64,000 nt of DNA from an uncultured Candidatus Bathyarchaeia archaeon (GCA_964556565.1 CAZKWF010000002.1:41499-105498), one strand, 5' to 3'; positions 35,572 through 46,129 are shown, counted from the first letter of the stretch. Notes: a model not told the origin generated them from the sequence alone. Translations and numbers: made by a program.

Positions 35572-36549
35572 ATGAGGGAACTTTTTGTCTTAGCTGAACA
35601 TAGGCAAGGCGAACTCAGGGATGTAACATTTGAAATGTTAACCAAGGGTATGGAGCTAAGTCAAAAAATAAATGCGGATCTAACAGCAGTTCTCTTAGGT
35701 CACAACGTCGAAGAATTTGCGAAAAAGCTTGTAGATTACGCAAAAAGGGTTTTGATTGTCGATGACGTAAGGTTGGAGAACTTCAACGCAGAAGTATATC
35801 AGAGGGTTTTGTTCCATCTAGTTTCCGAATACAAACCGTCACTGACCTTAATCGGGCACACTGCCTTTGGCGTCGACCTAGCTCCAAGCCTTGCAACCGA
35901 ACTAGATTTACCGCTAGCTACAGACTGCATAGACCTAAATTTTGAAGGAGAAAAGTTGGTTGTGGTTCGTCAAGTGTACGGTGGCAAGGTAAACCTTAAA
36001 GCGTCGCTCCGCAAGTCTGAGAGCTATATTGTGACGCTCCGTCCGGCAACCTTCGAAGCCCAAGAACCGAAGCCTCAAGATGGCGATATAGTCAAAATAG
36101 CATCTCCACTTTCGGAGGACATAACCTGCAAACGGTTCATTGAATACTTTCAACCTCCGGCAGGAGAAGTAGACATATCTACAGCAGATATCATAGTTGC
36201 CATAGGCCGCGGAATCAAGGACGCCGACAACATTCCCATGATGAAAGGACTTGCAGAAGCACTCGGAGGAGTGCTCGCCTGCTCGCGCCCCATCGTGGAT
36301 AAAGAGTGGCTTCCAAAAGATCGCCAAGTCGGCACCTCAGGAAAAACCGTGAAGCCTAAGCTGTACATAGCCATCGGCATCAGCGGCCAGTTCCAGCACA
36401 TATCGGGCATGAAAAACTCTGACCTGATCATTGCTATAAACAAAGATTCCAAAGCACCAATTTTCCGTGCGGCCGATTACGGCGTTGTAGAAGATCTATT
36501 CAAAGTTGTGCCCACATTAACAGATAGAATATCGGAGGAAAAACATTAA
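35572..36549 (+). CDS. etfA: electron transfer flavoprotein alpha subunit
   Basis: Abuts the etfB stop. C-terminal FAD-binding segment (SRPIVD..W....QVGTSGKTVKPKLYIAIGISGQFQH). Confidence 0.85.
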   Translation: MRELFVLAEHRQGELRDVTFEMLTKGMELSQKINADLTAVLLGHNVEEFAKKLVDYAKRVLIVDDVRLENFNAEVYQRVLFHLVSEYKPSLTLIGHTAFGVDLAPSLATELDLPLATDCIDLNFEGEKLVVVRQVYGGKVNLKASLRKSESYIVTLRPATFEAQEPKPQDGDIVKIASPLSEDITCKRFIEYFQPPAGEVDISTADIIVAIGRGIKDADNIPMMKGLAEALGGVLACSRPIVDKEWLPKDRQVGTSGKTVKPKLYIAIGISGQFQHISGMKNSDLIIAINKDSKAPIFRAADYGVVEDLFKVVPTLTDRISEEKH

Positions 36550-36593
36550 GTAATTGAGACAGGAGGATAAAACATCTCAAAAAATGAGGTGAA

Positions 36594-37751
36594 ATGATGA
36601 ATTTTGAATTGACCGAGGAGCAAATAGCCATCAAGAAGGCTGTTAGAGAGTTTTGCGAAAAGGAATTAACGCCTGAGCTAGCGTTGGAGTTGGACGAGAA
36701 GGAGGAATTCCCCATGGCGCTTTACAAGAAAGCCGCTAAGCTAGGATTCACCAGTATGAGATTTCCAGAAGAGTACGGCGGTCAGGGATATGGTGTCCTC
36801 GAGGATTGTTTAGTGACTGAAGAAATGTGTCGAACCGACCCTGGACTAGGTATTGCAGTAACATTCGGAACCCTCATGTTCCCGGATGCGCTACTGAAAC
36901 ATGGAACCGAAGAACAGAGACAAAAATATATTCCCCCCTTATGTACGGGCGAAAAAATATGCGCAGCAGCGTTTAGTGAACCAGAGCATGGAAGCGACAT
37001 CACACGCATGGACACAACCGCTGTAAAAAGTGGAAACAAATGGGTGATCAACGGCAACAAAGAGTTCATCACAAATGCTCCTATTGCGGACTTCTTCTGC
37101 GTACTTTGCCAAACAGACCCTAAGGCTACGCCTTCACATAGAGGTGAAAGCATGTTTGCCGTGGAAAGAGGCACACCAGGACTAGATGTTACTAAACTGA
37201 AAGGAAAGATGGGAATTAAACCATGTGTAACAGGTTCTCTTTCATTGACCGACGTTAAGATACCTGAAACAAACCTCATCGGCGAGTTAAGCAAGGGCTT
37301 CTACTATGCACTAGAGCTCTTCGATGAGACTAGAATTGCTGTCGCCGCTCAAGCTGTCGGCATGGCCCAAGGAGCACTTGAACGCGCCTTCAGCTACGCC
37401 AAGGAGAGGAAGCAGTTTGGGTCACCAATCATAAAGTTTCAGGGCGTATCATTCAAGTTAGCTGATATGGCAACGAAAATCGAGACAGCAAGGTTGATCA
37501 CTTACAAGGCTGCATGGCTGTTCGATCAAGGAAGAATGGATCCAATGATCACTGCTATGGCGAAGGCGTACGCGGGTAGAGTTGCAATGGATGTCACAGA
37601 TGAAGCTATTCAAATTTATGGAGGATATGGCTATCTAGCGGATTACCATGTTGAACGATTTCATCGTTGTGCAAAGATAACTGAAATTTACGAGGGAACA
37701 ACTGAAATTCAGAAGCTGACAATCATGAGGTACCTCCTGAAAAGAATGTGA
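36594..37751 (+). CDS. acd: acyl-CoA dehydrogenase
   Basis: FELTEEQ N-terminus, AFSEPEHGSD, and C-terminal QIYGGYGY..RFHRCAKITEIYEGTTEIQ. Confidence 0.9.
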   Translation: MMNFELTEEQIAIKKAVREFCEKELTPELALELDEKEEFPMALYKKAAKLGFTSMRFPEEYGGQGYGVLEDCLVTEEMCRTDPGLGIAVTFGTLMFPDALLKHGTEEQRQKYIPPLCTGEKICAAAFSEPEHGSDITRMDTTAVKSGNKWVINGNKEFITNAPIADFFCVLCQTDPKATPSHRGESMFAVERGTPGLDVTKLKGKMGIKPCVTGSLSLTDVKIPETNLIGELSKGFYYALELFDETRIAVAAQAVGMAQGALERAFSYAKERKQFGSPIIKFQGVSFKLADMATKIETARLITYKAAWLFDQGRMDPMITAMAKAYAGRVAMDVTDEAIQIYGGYGYLADYHVERFHRCAKITEIYEGTTEIQKLTIMRYLLKRM

Positions 37752-37870
37752 GCACAAGAAAATCATGTGTGCACATGGGTTAAATCGAGTTGCACATAAG
37801 AAGGTTCGTGGTTTTTCTTATTTTGCTAATGAATGTATTTTATTGAAGCCTAAAACAGAAAAGGAGAGAA

Positions 37871-38806
37871 TTAAAGAGCGATGACAAACATGAGGCGTTC
37901 AACCAGTTCCTTGTAGCGGTTTCGAATAGTAACTTCAGTTACCTGAGCAATTTCAGCTATTTCCCGTTGAGTCTTCCTTTCTCCAGTCAGCACAGATGCG
38001 ATATAGCTAGCGGCTGCCGCTATGCCGGTGGGTCCCCTGCCCGAGGTAAGTTTGAGTTGTTGTGCAGTATTAAGGATTTTGTGAGCAATTTCTTCGACTT
38101 TTCCTTGCATTATGAGCTGGTTGGAGAATTTGGTCACGTATTGACTGGGTTTTACGGGCGGAATAAAATAATCAAGCTCCTTGACTAAGAACCTGTAGCT
38201 GCGGCCCACTTCCTTTTTGGCGATGTTAGACGCTTGAGCGATTTCCTCAAGTGTTCGTGCGAGTTTACACTGTCTACAAGCCACGTAGATAGCGGCAGCA
38301 GTTACACCTTGAATGGATCGCCCACGAATTAGATGCTCTTTAACGGCTTTTCGATAGATGACCGAGGCGGTTTCCAAGATATTTTTTGGCAGATTAAGAT
38401 TATTGGCTATTTTTGAAATCTCAGATAAGGCAAAGGCAAGATTCCTCTCAGTAGCGTCAGAAACCCTGATGCGACGTTGCCACTTTCGAAGCCGATAAAT
38501 CTGAGCCTTTTGCCCAGGAGAAAGCCTCTTTCCATAAATGTCGCGGTCGTGCCAATCAATCATTGTGGAGAGCCCTTTGTCATGAATAGTATACGTAAGA
38601 GGAGCGCCGACACGAGTTCGCTTAGCACGTTGTTCGTGGTCAAACGCGCGCCATTCTGGCCCTCGATCTGCAATTTTAGAGTCAACAACAAATCCACAGT
38701 CCATGCATACAATTTCGGCACATTCATAGTCTCGCATCAGTCGGGCACTCCCACATTCAGGGCACTGTCGAACCCTTATGGGTTGTGTGGAAATTTCTCT
38801 ACTCAC
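37871..38806 (-). CDS. tfb: transcription initiation factor IIB (TFB)
   Basis: N-terminal Zn ribbon CPECGS...CMDCG, B-reader, and two cyclin-fold repeats. Confidence 0.9.
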   Translation of the reverse strand: MSREISTQPIRVRQCPECGSARLMRDYECAEIVCMDCGFVVDSKIADRGPEWRAFDHEQRAKRTRVGAPLTYTIHDKGLSTMIDWHDRDIYGKRLSPGQKAQIYRLRKWQRRIRVSDATERNLAFALSEISKIANNLNLPKNILETASVIYRKAVKEHLIRGRSIQGVTAAAIYVACRQCKLARTLEEIAQASNIAKKEVGRSYRFLVKELDYFIPPVKPSQYVTKFSNQLIMQGKVEEIAHKILNTAQQLKLTSGRGPTGIAAAASYIASVLTGERKTQREIAEIAQVTEVTIRNRYKELVERLMFVIAL

Positions 38807-39066
38807 TTTCTTCTCCTTCTCTTCACCTTTTTGGATTTGGAGGATGGGATTGAGTAAAGAACACTATTAACGAGACGATGTAGATCCTTCATCTCAGTCT
38901 TCACTGAAACATATGGAGAGGAGACAGGCCCGAAAATGTCAAAAACGGTTCCTACGGGCTTGAGTTTTTCATCGACAACTTTGTCTCTGATTCGTGGAAG
39001 ACTTTCCGCCTTAAGAATCATATTCCGATTGGAGCTTATGTGGAGGACTCGACCAATTCTCTGCAA
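38803..39066 (-). CDS. gar1: H/ACA RNP component Gar1
   Basis: [17 protein letters not shown]...[19 protein letters not shown] matches the Gar1 core. Overlaps tfb by 4 nt. Confidence 0.8.
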   Translation of the reverse strand: MQRIGRVLHISSNRNMILKAESLPRIRDKVVDEKLKPVGTVFDIFGPVSSPYVSVKTEMKDLHRLVNSVLYSIPSSKSKKVKRRRRK

Positions 39067-39278
39067 ACTTGCGTATTCCCCTCACAAAAAACAATGTTGT
39101 CAACGAACCGCGTTATTTAAACATTTCTTTTGGTGTTTCTAATTCTGAGCCTTTCTAGGCTTTTTCTCCTTTCTAAGCCCGTTTTCAGCCGTTAACGATC
39201 CCTTCACGTCTCAGAGAAGTGCCATATAACACCGTAATGATTAAAACACTTGAAATTCATAACAAGTTAGGTATCAAC

Positions 39279-39569
39279 ATGCGAAAACGAGACAAGATCG
39301 TTCTGTGGCCCGTCTACTTTGATTCCACAAAAACTAGGTTGGAAGGGCGAAAGGTTCCCAAACGCCTCGCCACACCCTCACCCAAACTAGATGTAATTCA
39401 AAAAGCAATTAAGCAAACAGGTTCTAAACCCGAAGTCGTTCCCGGCGCCGCCCGCCCAAACGCTCCATGGCAAAAAACGGGTTTCATTGTCACAACTAAA
39501 AAGGGGCCCAAAACTCAGATCATATACAGAGTTGCCAAAGAACTTCAACGCCTTCGTGCACAAACCTGA
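39279..39569 (+). CDS. srp19: signal recognition particle protein SRP19
   Basis: Start at ATG 39279. IVLWPVYFDSTKTRLEGRKVPK is the SRP19 signature. Confidence 0.8.
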   Translation: MRKRDKIVLWPVYFDSTKTRLEGRKVPKRLATPSPKLDVIQKAIKQTGSKPEVVPGAARPNAPWQKTGFIVTTKKGPKTQIIYRVAKELQRLRAQT

Positions 39570-39609
39570 ATCCTACTGGATTCCTTGCGCAAGGATGCCC
39601 ATTATAGCA

Positions 39610-40005
39610 TTAAGCGGCCTTTTTTGGAACAAGAATAGCACTTACTTCGCCATTCTGTCCGGGGCGAGATGTCACGCGTGCTGTCCCTAACGATGTTTCG
39701 ATGATTGTTCCCTTTGTGATTACGCCTCTACGGTCATAATCTACGTTGGCTGGGTTTTTTATCACTCTGGCAATCTTAACCTTCTTGGTTTTCCCAGTGG
39801 ATGGATCAGAAATGTTTGCATGCGCGGTGTTTAGCAATCGAATTTTCCCTATACCTCCTCGTTTTCGAGTGAAACTTTTTTTATCCGTGCCCAGCGAGGT
39901 TTCTGTGGGAAAGGAGCCTCTTTCGAATCTTCTCTTCTTTCGAGAAGAGATTTTTCTGCCGCCGGACGCTTTTTTCTTACGTATGTTGCCATGCCATACC
40001 GACAA
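39610..40005 (-). CDS. rps8e: ribosomal protein S8e
   Basis: MSVWHGNIRKKKASGGRK... and VITKGTIIETSLG match S8e. Confidence 0.9.
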   Translation of the reverse strand: MSVWHGNIRKKKASGGRKISSRKKRRFERGSFPTETSLGTDKKSFTRKRGGIGKIRLLNTAHANISDPSTGKTKKVKIARVIKNPANVDYDRRGVITKGTIIETSLGTARVTSRPGQNGEVSAILVPKKAA

Positions 40006-40192
40006 GTCTACATCTCCTTAACAGGTTTCGATGACTTTTGAAGGCCAGCTATTGCTATTAAGCTTTATCTTTCAATATGATTGGCTGTAATAAAAATGAT
40101 TACGCCCCAGTAAAACATACGTGATAGAAAGTAAGTCCATTTTCCAAATAATAAATTAAAAAGCAACAGTTCACTTTTTATCCTTAGAGTGA

Positions 40193-42313
40193 ATGCAGTT
40201 GCCAAGAAAAGTTTCTAAAATTCGTAAAAGAGACGACAGAATTGTCGATTTTGATCAGGAAAAGATTGCGACCGCAATTTCTAAGGCTATGGCCGCTGTC
40301 AATCATGAGGATGGAAAGCTAGCTCAGAAACTTTCAAACGAAGTTGTAAAGCTTATAGACGAACGGTTTGAGGGCAGAATTCCAAGCGTTGAAAACGTTC
40401 AAGACATCGTTGAGGAAGTTCTTATCAGAGACGGGTACGCCGAGGTAGCCAAAGCCTATATTCTATACCGGCAAAGACGCACGGAGATTCGAGAGTTTAA
40501 GAAGTTCTTTGATGTTGTTGATGATTTAAAGTTAGGAGTCAATGCAATAAAGGTGCTGAAGACTAGGTATCTACTTAGGGATGAGAAAGGTAATGCTACT
40601 GAGACCCCAGGTCAAATGTTTCATCGAGTTGCTAAAGCCGTAGCTAAGGCAGATCTTCTGTACGATAAGGAGGCAGATGTGAAGAAGACGGAGGAAGAGA
40701 TTTATCAAGTCATTGCAAATCGTGAGTTTTTGCCGAATTCTCCCACCATGATGAATGCTGATACTCGGCTTGGACAACTTTCTGCGTGTTTTGTTTTGCC
40801 TGTTGAGGATTCGATTGAAGGAATTTTTGACGCGGTGACACGTATGGCAATGATTCACAAGTCTGGTGGAGGAACTGGATTTTCGTTTTCGAGGTTGAGG
40901 CCTAAGGGGGATATTGTGGGGTCTACGAAGGGCATTGCTTCTGGCCCCGTGTCTTTTATGCGTGTTTTTGATGTAGCGACTGATGTGATTAAGCAGGGGG
41001 GACGGAGAAGAGGAGCCAACATGGGGATTTTGCATGTTACGCATCCTGATATTTTGGAATTTATTACGGCAAAGTCGACGGAGGGTATGTTAATGAACTT
41101 TAACATTTCTGTGGCTGTTACTGATGAGTTTATGGAGGCGGTTGAGAAGGATGCTGAATATAACTTGGTGAACCCTCGGACAGGAAGGGTTGAGAAGAAA
41201 CTGCGTGCCAAAGATGTTTTTGATCTGATAGTTATGACTGCGTGGAAGAGTGGTGATCCTGGGCTTGTGTTTATTGATGAAATAAATCGTCATAATCCGA
41301 CACCGAGCCTTGGAGTGATTGAAAGCACTAATCCTTGTGGAGAACAGCCTCTATTGCCTTACGAATCCTGTAACTTGGGCTCTATTAACATGGCTAATAT
41401 GGTTAAAGATGGGAATGTGAACTGGGAGAAGTTGAGAAGAGTTATCATAATCGCTGTTCATTTTCTGGATAACGTAATTGATGTGAATAAGTATCCTATG
41501 TCGGAAATTGAGAAGATGACTAAGGAGAATCGGAAGATCGGACTTGGTATCATGGGGTTTGCTGACATGCTTGTTCAATTAGGGGTTCCATATGATTCAG
41601 AGAAAGCTTTGGCTATAGGTGAGAGGGTTATGAGGTTTATTGATGAAGAGGCTAGGAAGGTGTCAGTGGAGCTCGGTGAGAAACGTGGCTCCTTTCAGAA
41701 TTTTAAGGACAGCATTTGGAAGAAAAAAGGCTTCAAGACGTTGCGTAATGCGGCTATAACCACTATCGCTCCCACGGGGTCGATCAGCATTATCGGTGGT
41801 TGTTCAAGTGGAATTGAGCCCCTGTTTGCTGTAGCCTTCGTCCGTAACGTTATGAGTGGGACCCGGTTGTTGGAGGTCCAGCCTCTGTTTGAGCGTTTGT
41901 TGAAGAAGAGAGGTTTATATAATGAAGAGTTGATGTTACGAATTGCAAAGACTGGGTCAATTCAAGGCTTAAAGGAGTTGCCTGAGAATTTAAGAAGGAC
42001 CTTTGTTACGGCTTTGGATATCGCTCCCGAATGGCATGTGAAGATGCAGGCAGCTTTTCAAAAGCATGTAGATAACGCTGTTTCGAAGACTGTGAATTTG
42101 CCCGCTGATGCTACACCTGAGGATGTTAGAAAAGTGTTTTTGCTAGCTTATAGATTGAAGTGTAAGGGAGTGACCGTGTACAGGTATGGATGTAGAAGGG
42201 AACAGGTTTTGTATGTGGGTCCGATGTTGGCTAAAGAGATGATGGGAGAAGGTCATGTCAGCGCTGATTCTGAATATGCGGGTGGTTGCCCAGTTGGCAC
42301 ATGCCATTTCTGA
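40193..42313 (+). CDS. nrdJ: adenosylcobalamin-dependent ribonucleoside-triphosphate/diphosphate reductase (class II) with ATP-cone
   Basis: N-terminal ATP-cone (KRDDRIVDFDQEKIATAISKA). Active-site TNPCGEQPLLPYESCNLGSIN. C-terminal Cys pair. Confidence 0.9.
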   Translation: MQLPRKVSKIRKRDDRIVDFDQEKIATAISKAMAAVNHEDGKLAQKLSNEVVKLIDERFEGRIPSVENVQDIVEEVLIRDGYAEVAKAYILYRQRRTEIREFKKFFDVVDDLKLGVNAIKVLKTRYLLRDEKGNATETPGQMFHRVAKAVAKADLLYDKEADVKKTEEEIYQVIANREFLPNSPTMMNADTRLGQLSACFVLPVEDSIEGIFDAVTRMAMIHKSGGGTGFSFSRLRPKGDIVGSTKGIASGPVSFMRVFDVATDVIKQGGRRRGANMGILHVTHPDILEFITAKSTEGMLMNFNISVAVTDEFMEAVEKDAEYNLVNPRTGRVEKKLRAKDVFDLIVMTAWKSGDPGLVFIDEINRHNPTPSLGVIESTNPCGEQPLLPYESCNLGSINMANMVKDGNVNWEKLRRVIIIAVHFLDNVIDVNKYPMSEIEKMTKENRKIGLGIMGFADMLVQLGVPYDSEKALAIGERVMRFIDEEARKVSVELGEKRGSFQNFKDSIWKKKGFKTLRNAAITTIAPTGSISIIGGCSSGIEPLFAVAFVRNVMSGTRLLEVQPLFERLLKKRGLYNEELMLRIAKTGSIQGLKELPENLRRTFVTALDIAPEWHVKMQAAFQKHVDNAVSKTVNLPADATPEDVRKVFLLAYRLKCKGVTVYRYGCRREQVLYVGPMLAKEMMGEGHVSADSEYAGGCPVGTCHF

Positions 42314-42505
42314 TGCACTGAGGCCTTACACATGTGCATGTGCGAAGTGATCTACATAGGAGAGAGAGTCAGAGATGGGTATACATACATCTAGAGTAGG
42401 GACTTGGGCGTGCGTGACAGTTTCTACGTAATCTACTATGAGTCAAATAGGATTCTAGTGGGTTTTTTATTATCAGATTAGCTGGGACTTGTCATGGAAC
42501 AATGC

Positions 42506-42514
42506 TTATGTAAA
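42506..42514 (+). promoter_or_regulatory. candidate TATA box for tRNA-Pro
   Basis: TTATGTAAA lies 28-36 nt upstream of tRNA position 1, within an AATGCTTATGTAAA context. Confidence 0.3.
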
Positions 42515-42541
42515 GCTTGTTGTAGAACATGTTTAATGAAG

Positions 42542-42619
42542 GGGGCTGTCGGCTAGTTTGGTCTAGGCTCTGAGACTCGGGCTCTCGGGACCCCGGTTCA
42601 AATCCGGGCAGCCCCACCA
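42542..42619 (+). tRNA. tRNA-Pro (anticodon CGG), CCA encoded
   Basis: Acceptor GGGGCTG/CAGCCCC. D-stem GGCT/GGCT with G:U pairs. Anticodon loop CTCGGGC. T-loop TTCAAAT. Confidence 0.85.
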
Positions 42620-42730
42620 GTTTCGTTGTTCTCTGTCCACACGTATACTCAGTGAGGCTTAGTTTATCACAACTAAAACCCCAACGGAATCTTGATAAGT
42701 TTATATCCGAAATATATCTCGTGATTAAAA

Positions 42731-43075
42731 GTGAGCGAGTTGGAGAAGGAGAAATCCTTAACATGGTTTGTCATCGTGAACCTCGCTTTACTGTTTATCA
42801 GTGGCTGCTGGATGATTGGAAGTCTAATGGTAACTTCTTGGAAATCCTCGCTTGGATTCGCTAGGCCTCTGCTACTGACAAGCACCGCCTTAGCGAACAT
42901 TTCATTCCTCGCTTCAATGCTGGCATCAATTCTGGGAGCAACAAACATTGTAAAGGAGGACCCAGCAAGGCGAGTAATGGTATACGCCTTCACCATTGGC
43001 ATACTCCTCCTGATAGTTTCTATAATCACGTTCTGCTGGACAATTGTCTCTACATCGCCCTACTCATTTGACTAG
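42731..43075 (+). CDS. hypothetical membrane protein (3-4 TM)
   Basis: 114-aa ORF (GTG start) with several hydrophobic helices. No family recognised. Confidence 0.4.
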   Translation: MSELEKEKSLTWFVIVNLALLFISGCWMIGSLMVTSWKSSLGFARPLLLTSTALANISFLASMLASILGATNIVKEDPARRVMVYAFTIGILLLIVSIITFCWTIVSTSPYSFD

Positions 43076-43175
43076 AGGAAAAATAGGAACAACTTATTCC
43101 ACCTAGTGAAGCTTAGATCAAGATATGCCCGTATCTCTGTCTGTACCTAGTTCTCTTTGTCTCCAGCTCATCGCC

Positions 43176-43191
43176 CGTATGCATGCATACG
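43176..43191. repeat. perfect 16-nt palindrome CGTATGCATGCATACG between convergent genes
   Basis: Read directly. Abuts the stop codon of the 43192-44598 gene. Belongs to the alternating Pu-Py motif family. Confidence 0.6.
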
Positions 43192-44598
43192 CTAGTTTGC
43201 TGTTTTCTCTCTTTTGATGATTTCTCTTGCAGCAATAACACCTGAAGCAGAGGCTTGAACAAGTCCTCTCGTTACTCCCGCCCCATCGCCTATAGTAAAC
43301 AAATTATGAATCTTCGTCTCCAAACAGTCGCTCAGCTGAAGCTTCGTAGAATAGAATTTCACTTCCACGCCGTACAGCAACGTGTGTTTCGAGTTCACTC
43401 CCGGCGCAATTTGATCCAAGGCTTGAAGCATTTCACGAATGTCCGCTAGGTGGCGGTAGGGTATGACGAAGCTGAGGTCTCCTGGCGTGGCGTTCTTTAA
43501 TGTCGGAACAACTACGCTTCTTTTCATTCTCTCCTCGGTTGATCGCCGCCCAACTTGAAGATCGCCCAGTCTCTGAACGATCACGCCCCCGCTGAGAAGA
43601 TTCGTGAGCCTTGCAAGATACTTCCCGTACGCAATTGGTTCTCTGAAGGGCTCGGTGAAAGACGTGCTAACGAGGATAGCGAAGTTGGTGTTTCCTGTCT
43701 TCCTCTCCGCATAGCTCTGACCATTCACTGTTAAAATGCCTTCATAAGATTCCGCGATGACTTCGCCCTCAGGTGCAACACAGAAAGTCCTCACCTGATC
43801 ATCGAAACACTTTGAATAATAGATAAACTTGGGCTCATACAACACGTTTGTCAGCTCCGCCATAACCGACGCCAAAACTTCAACCCTAATGCCCACATCG
43901 ACAGGATTGTTCAACGTTTTTAGGCCCAACGACTGAGCCTCGCACTTCAACCATTCAGCCCCAATTCTACCAGGTGCCACAATAACGTATCTTCCAAGAA
44001 TCTTTTCGCCCTTAACCGTCTCCACACCCTCAACTTTGCCTCCTTTTACCAACAGCCCTTTCACTTCGGTTCTAGTTCGAACCCTAACCCTGTCGTTCAA
44101 AAACCTACGCAACTTGTGAAGAGTGTCGGCGCAATTCTCGGTGCCCATGTGACGAATTTTTTGCTGAACAAGTTTTAAGCCAACAAGGGATGCTTTTCGC
44201 TCGATCTCGTCGATTTTGTCAGGATCAACCCCATAAAGATCCTTGGGGGCCCCAAATTTCAAGTAAATGTTATCCACGTAGTCTATAAGCCCTTCCAGCT
44301 CTTTCTCAGCACGATAATCGGTGAGCCATCCACCAACTCCAGTGGACAAGGTTAGTTTCCCATCGCTGAACGCTCCCGCGCCACCCCAACCAGACAAGAG
44401 CACAGAAGGGTCAGGGTGCACTCGCCCCAAGCCTTTATCTGCAGGACGCTTGCGCTGGTCAATGTCGGGTCCCTTGTCCAAAATAAGGACGTTCAATTTT
44501 GTGTTCTCGGTCAGCTCGAACGCGGAGAATATTCCCGCTGGGCCAGCGCCTACAATTATTACGTCGAATTTCAACTGGAAATCCCTCGAAGACCACAA
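43192..44598 (-). CDS. FAD-dependent oxidoreductase (COG2509-like)
   Basis: Rossmann motif FDVIIVGAGPAGIFSAFEL and C-terminal GDGAGVTRG. Confidence 0.75.
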   Translation of the reverse strand: MWSSRDFQLKFDVIIVGAGPAGIFSAFELTENTKLNVLILDKGPDIDQRKRPADKGLGRVHPDPSVLLSGWGGAGAFSDGKLTLSTGVGGWLTDYRAEKELEGLIDYVDNIYLKFGAPKDLYGVDPDKIDEIERKASLVGLKLVQQKIRHMGTENCADTLHKLRRFLNDRVRVRTRTEVKGLLVKGGKVEGVETVKGEKILGRYVIVAPGRIGAEWLKCEAQSLGLKTLNNPVDVGIRVEVLASVMAELTNVLYEPKFIYYSKCFDDQVRTFCVAPEGEVIAESYEGILTVNGQSYAERKTGNTNFAILVSTSFTEPFREPIAYGKYLARLTNLLSGGVIVQRLGDLQVGRRSTEERMKRSVVVPTLKNATPGDLSFVIPYRHLADIREMLQALDQIAPGVNSKHTLLYGVEVKFYSTKLQLSDCLETKIHNLFTIGDGAGVTRGLVQASASGVIAAREIIKREKTAN

Positions 44599-44741
44599 CT
44601 ACATCTCATAGGTATAATATATGTTTTAGCAAAGTCAATGTGGCTTGTTGACTTCTTATACTGAGAGGCTTATCGCTATCAAAACGTTGATAGGAATTTA
44701 GGAGATACGCGTTGACATGTTGCAATGATCCTCTACGAAGG

Positions 44742-45020
44742 TTAATCCTTGATTGCTTCCAGTATGCTCATCACGTTCCAAAGTTTCACCCTAGTGTAAG
44801 GCGGCATATTGGGGTCCTGCAAAATGTCGTCAAGGATGGATATCGCGTTGGACGCCCTTACTGCTGGTGTGTACTCCGTCAAATCAAGAGCGCTGATGGA
44901 CTGTCTTGCAGCCCTCCTTATGTTGCGGGGAGTTGTGGTATCTTCAGAAACTTGTCCGAGAACAACAGTTGCTTGTTTTATTCTTTCCTCATACTCCTGC
45001 AGCTTCTTTTTTCTTACCAT
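44742..45020 (-). CDS. UPF0147-family protein
   Basis: 92 aa helical protein. TPRNIRRAA...ILDDILQDPNMPPYTRVKLWNV resembles the archaeal UPF0147 family. Confidence 0.65.
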   Translation of the reverse strand: MVRKKKLQEYEERIKQATVVLGQVSEDTTTPRNIRRAARQSISALDLTEYTPAVRASNAISILDDILQDPNMPPYTRVKLWNVMSILEAIKD

Positions 45021-45212
45021 ACAGAAGCCTCCTAACAGTGGTGTCGCGAATACTTAGATTACTAATTATTGCCCAGACACTGATTTATACCATTTGTGTT
45101 CTTCTTACGTGTCTCCTACATAGTCTTCTTCTCATTTTCTATGGCGCATATAAATTAGACCAAGGCATATATTATCTACCTTAACTAAAATTTCTTCAAG
45201 AGGCTTCAAAAA

Positions 45213-45569
45213 TTGTCTAGAAGGTTAAAGGATATCCAATCCATGGCCGACATGCTTAAGCAGGGGGGTACACTCACAGAGTTTTCGTGCCCCGCATGCG
45301 CTTCACCGTTGTTCAGATTGAAAAGTGGGCAACTCTGGTGTGTGAAGTGCAAAAAACGTGTGGTAGTGGTGAAAGAAGGAGAGCAAACGATAGAGAAATC
45401 CGACTCTGTGCTTCTCACCAGTTTAGAATCAACTCTTCTCAAAAAGATAGAGGAGATAAACACGAAAATAGAAGAAGAAAAAGATCCGGGACAGCTACAA
45501 AAATTGGGAGCCACTCTGTCTGTGTTGCTTGAAAACCTTGAGAAAGCGAGAAAGATGAAAAGAACCTGA
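45213..45569 (+). CDS. UPF0148 / autoantigen p27-like zinc-ribbon protein
   Basis: LKQGGTLTEFSCPACASPLFRLKSGQLWCVKCKK followed by a coiled-coil tail. Confidence 0.6.
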   Translation: MSRRLKDIQSMADMLKQGGTLTEFSCPACASPLFRLKSGQLWCVKCKKRVVVVKEGEQTIEKSDSVLLTSLESTLLKKIEEINTKIEEEKDPGQLQKLGATLSVLLENLEKARKMKRT

Positions 45570-45570
45570 T

Positions 45571-46119
45571 TTGGTCACAGGAAGGTATTGCCCTTTGCTG
45601 GGGCGTTATGAAAGTTTTCCAGAAACCGTTCACGGAATTGCACGATTCGCGTCCCCGTCTTCAATAGCGAAGATGCAAGAGGCGATTCTTCATGCTCTCT
45701 ATCAACTAAACCATGAAAACTGCGATCTAAAACGCATTGTGCCTGTTTCCTTATTGAAATGCGAGGTTAGCTTCGAGTTCGGAGTAGCTGAAGCCGAAGA
45801 GTTCAGTTATTTAGATGAGGAGGAGTTGAGTAAGTTTCGTAAAAGCATTGTTGATAAGACTTTCTCGGTATTAGATTTTTTCTGCGTTGTCCGTTATCAT
45901 GTAAACAAAAAGGGTAAACGTGTTCCATTAAAGTTTGATTATCAACTGCTCCGTTTCATGTTCTATGACAGTAGCATGGAATTGCAAGTAACCCATGAGC
46001 GTGGTGCACAACACGTTTCTTTGGAAGAATTCGTTACTTTCATAGCAAAACGTGTAAATGAAAACCTTTCTAAAAAAAGACTAAAACCATTAACTTTAGA
46101 ATATTTAAGAACTCTTTGA
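45571..46119 (+). CDS. hypothetical protein
   Basis: 182-aa ORF starting 2 nt after the previous stop. No family recognised. The start is uncertain. Confidence 0.45.
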   Translation: MVTGRYCPLLGRYESFPETVHGIARFASPSSIAKMQEAILHALYQLNHENCDLKRIVPVSLLKCEVSFEFGVAEAEEFSYLDEEELSKFRKSIVDKTFSVLDFFCVVRYHVNKKGKRVPLKFDYQLLRFMFYDSSMELQVTHERGAQHVSLEEFVTFIAKRVNENLSKKRLKPLTLEYLRTL

Positions 46120-46129
46120 ACAATGCATG

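Noticed and set aside
40006-40192. A possible cobalamin riboswitch upstream of the B12-dependent ribonucleotide reductase.
   Set aside because: The region is AT-rich promoter-like sequence with no recognisable B12-box or conserved helices. Such riboswitches are not an expected archaeal feature.
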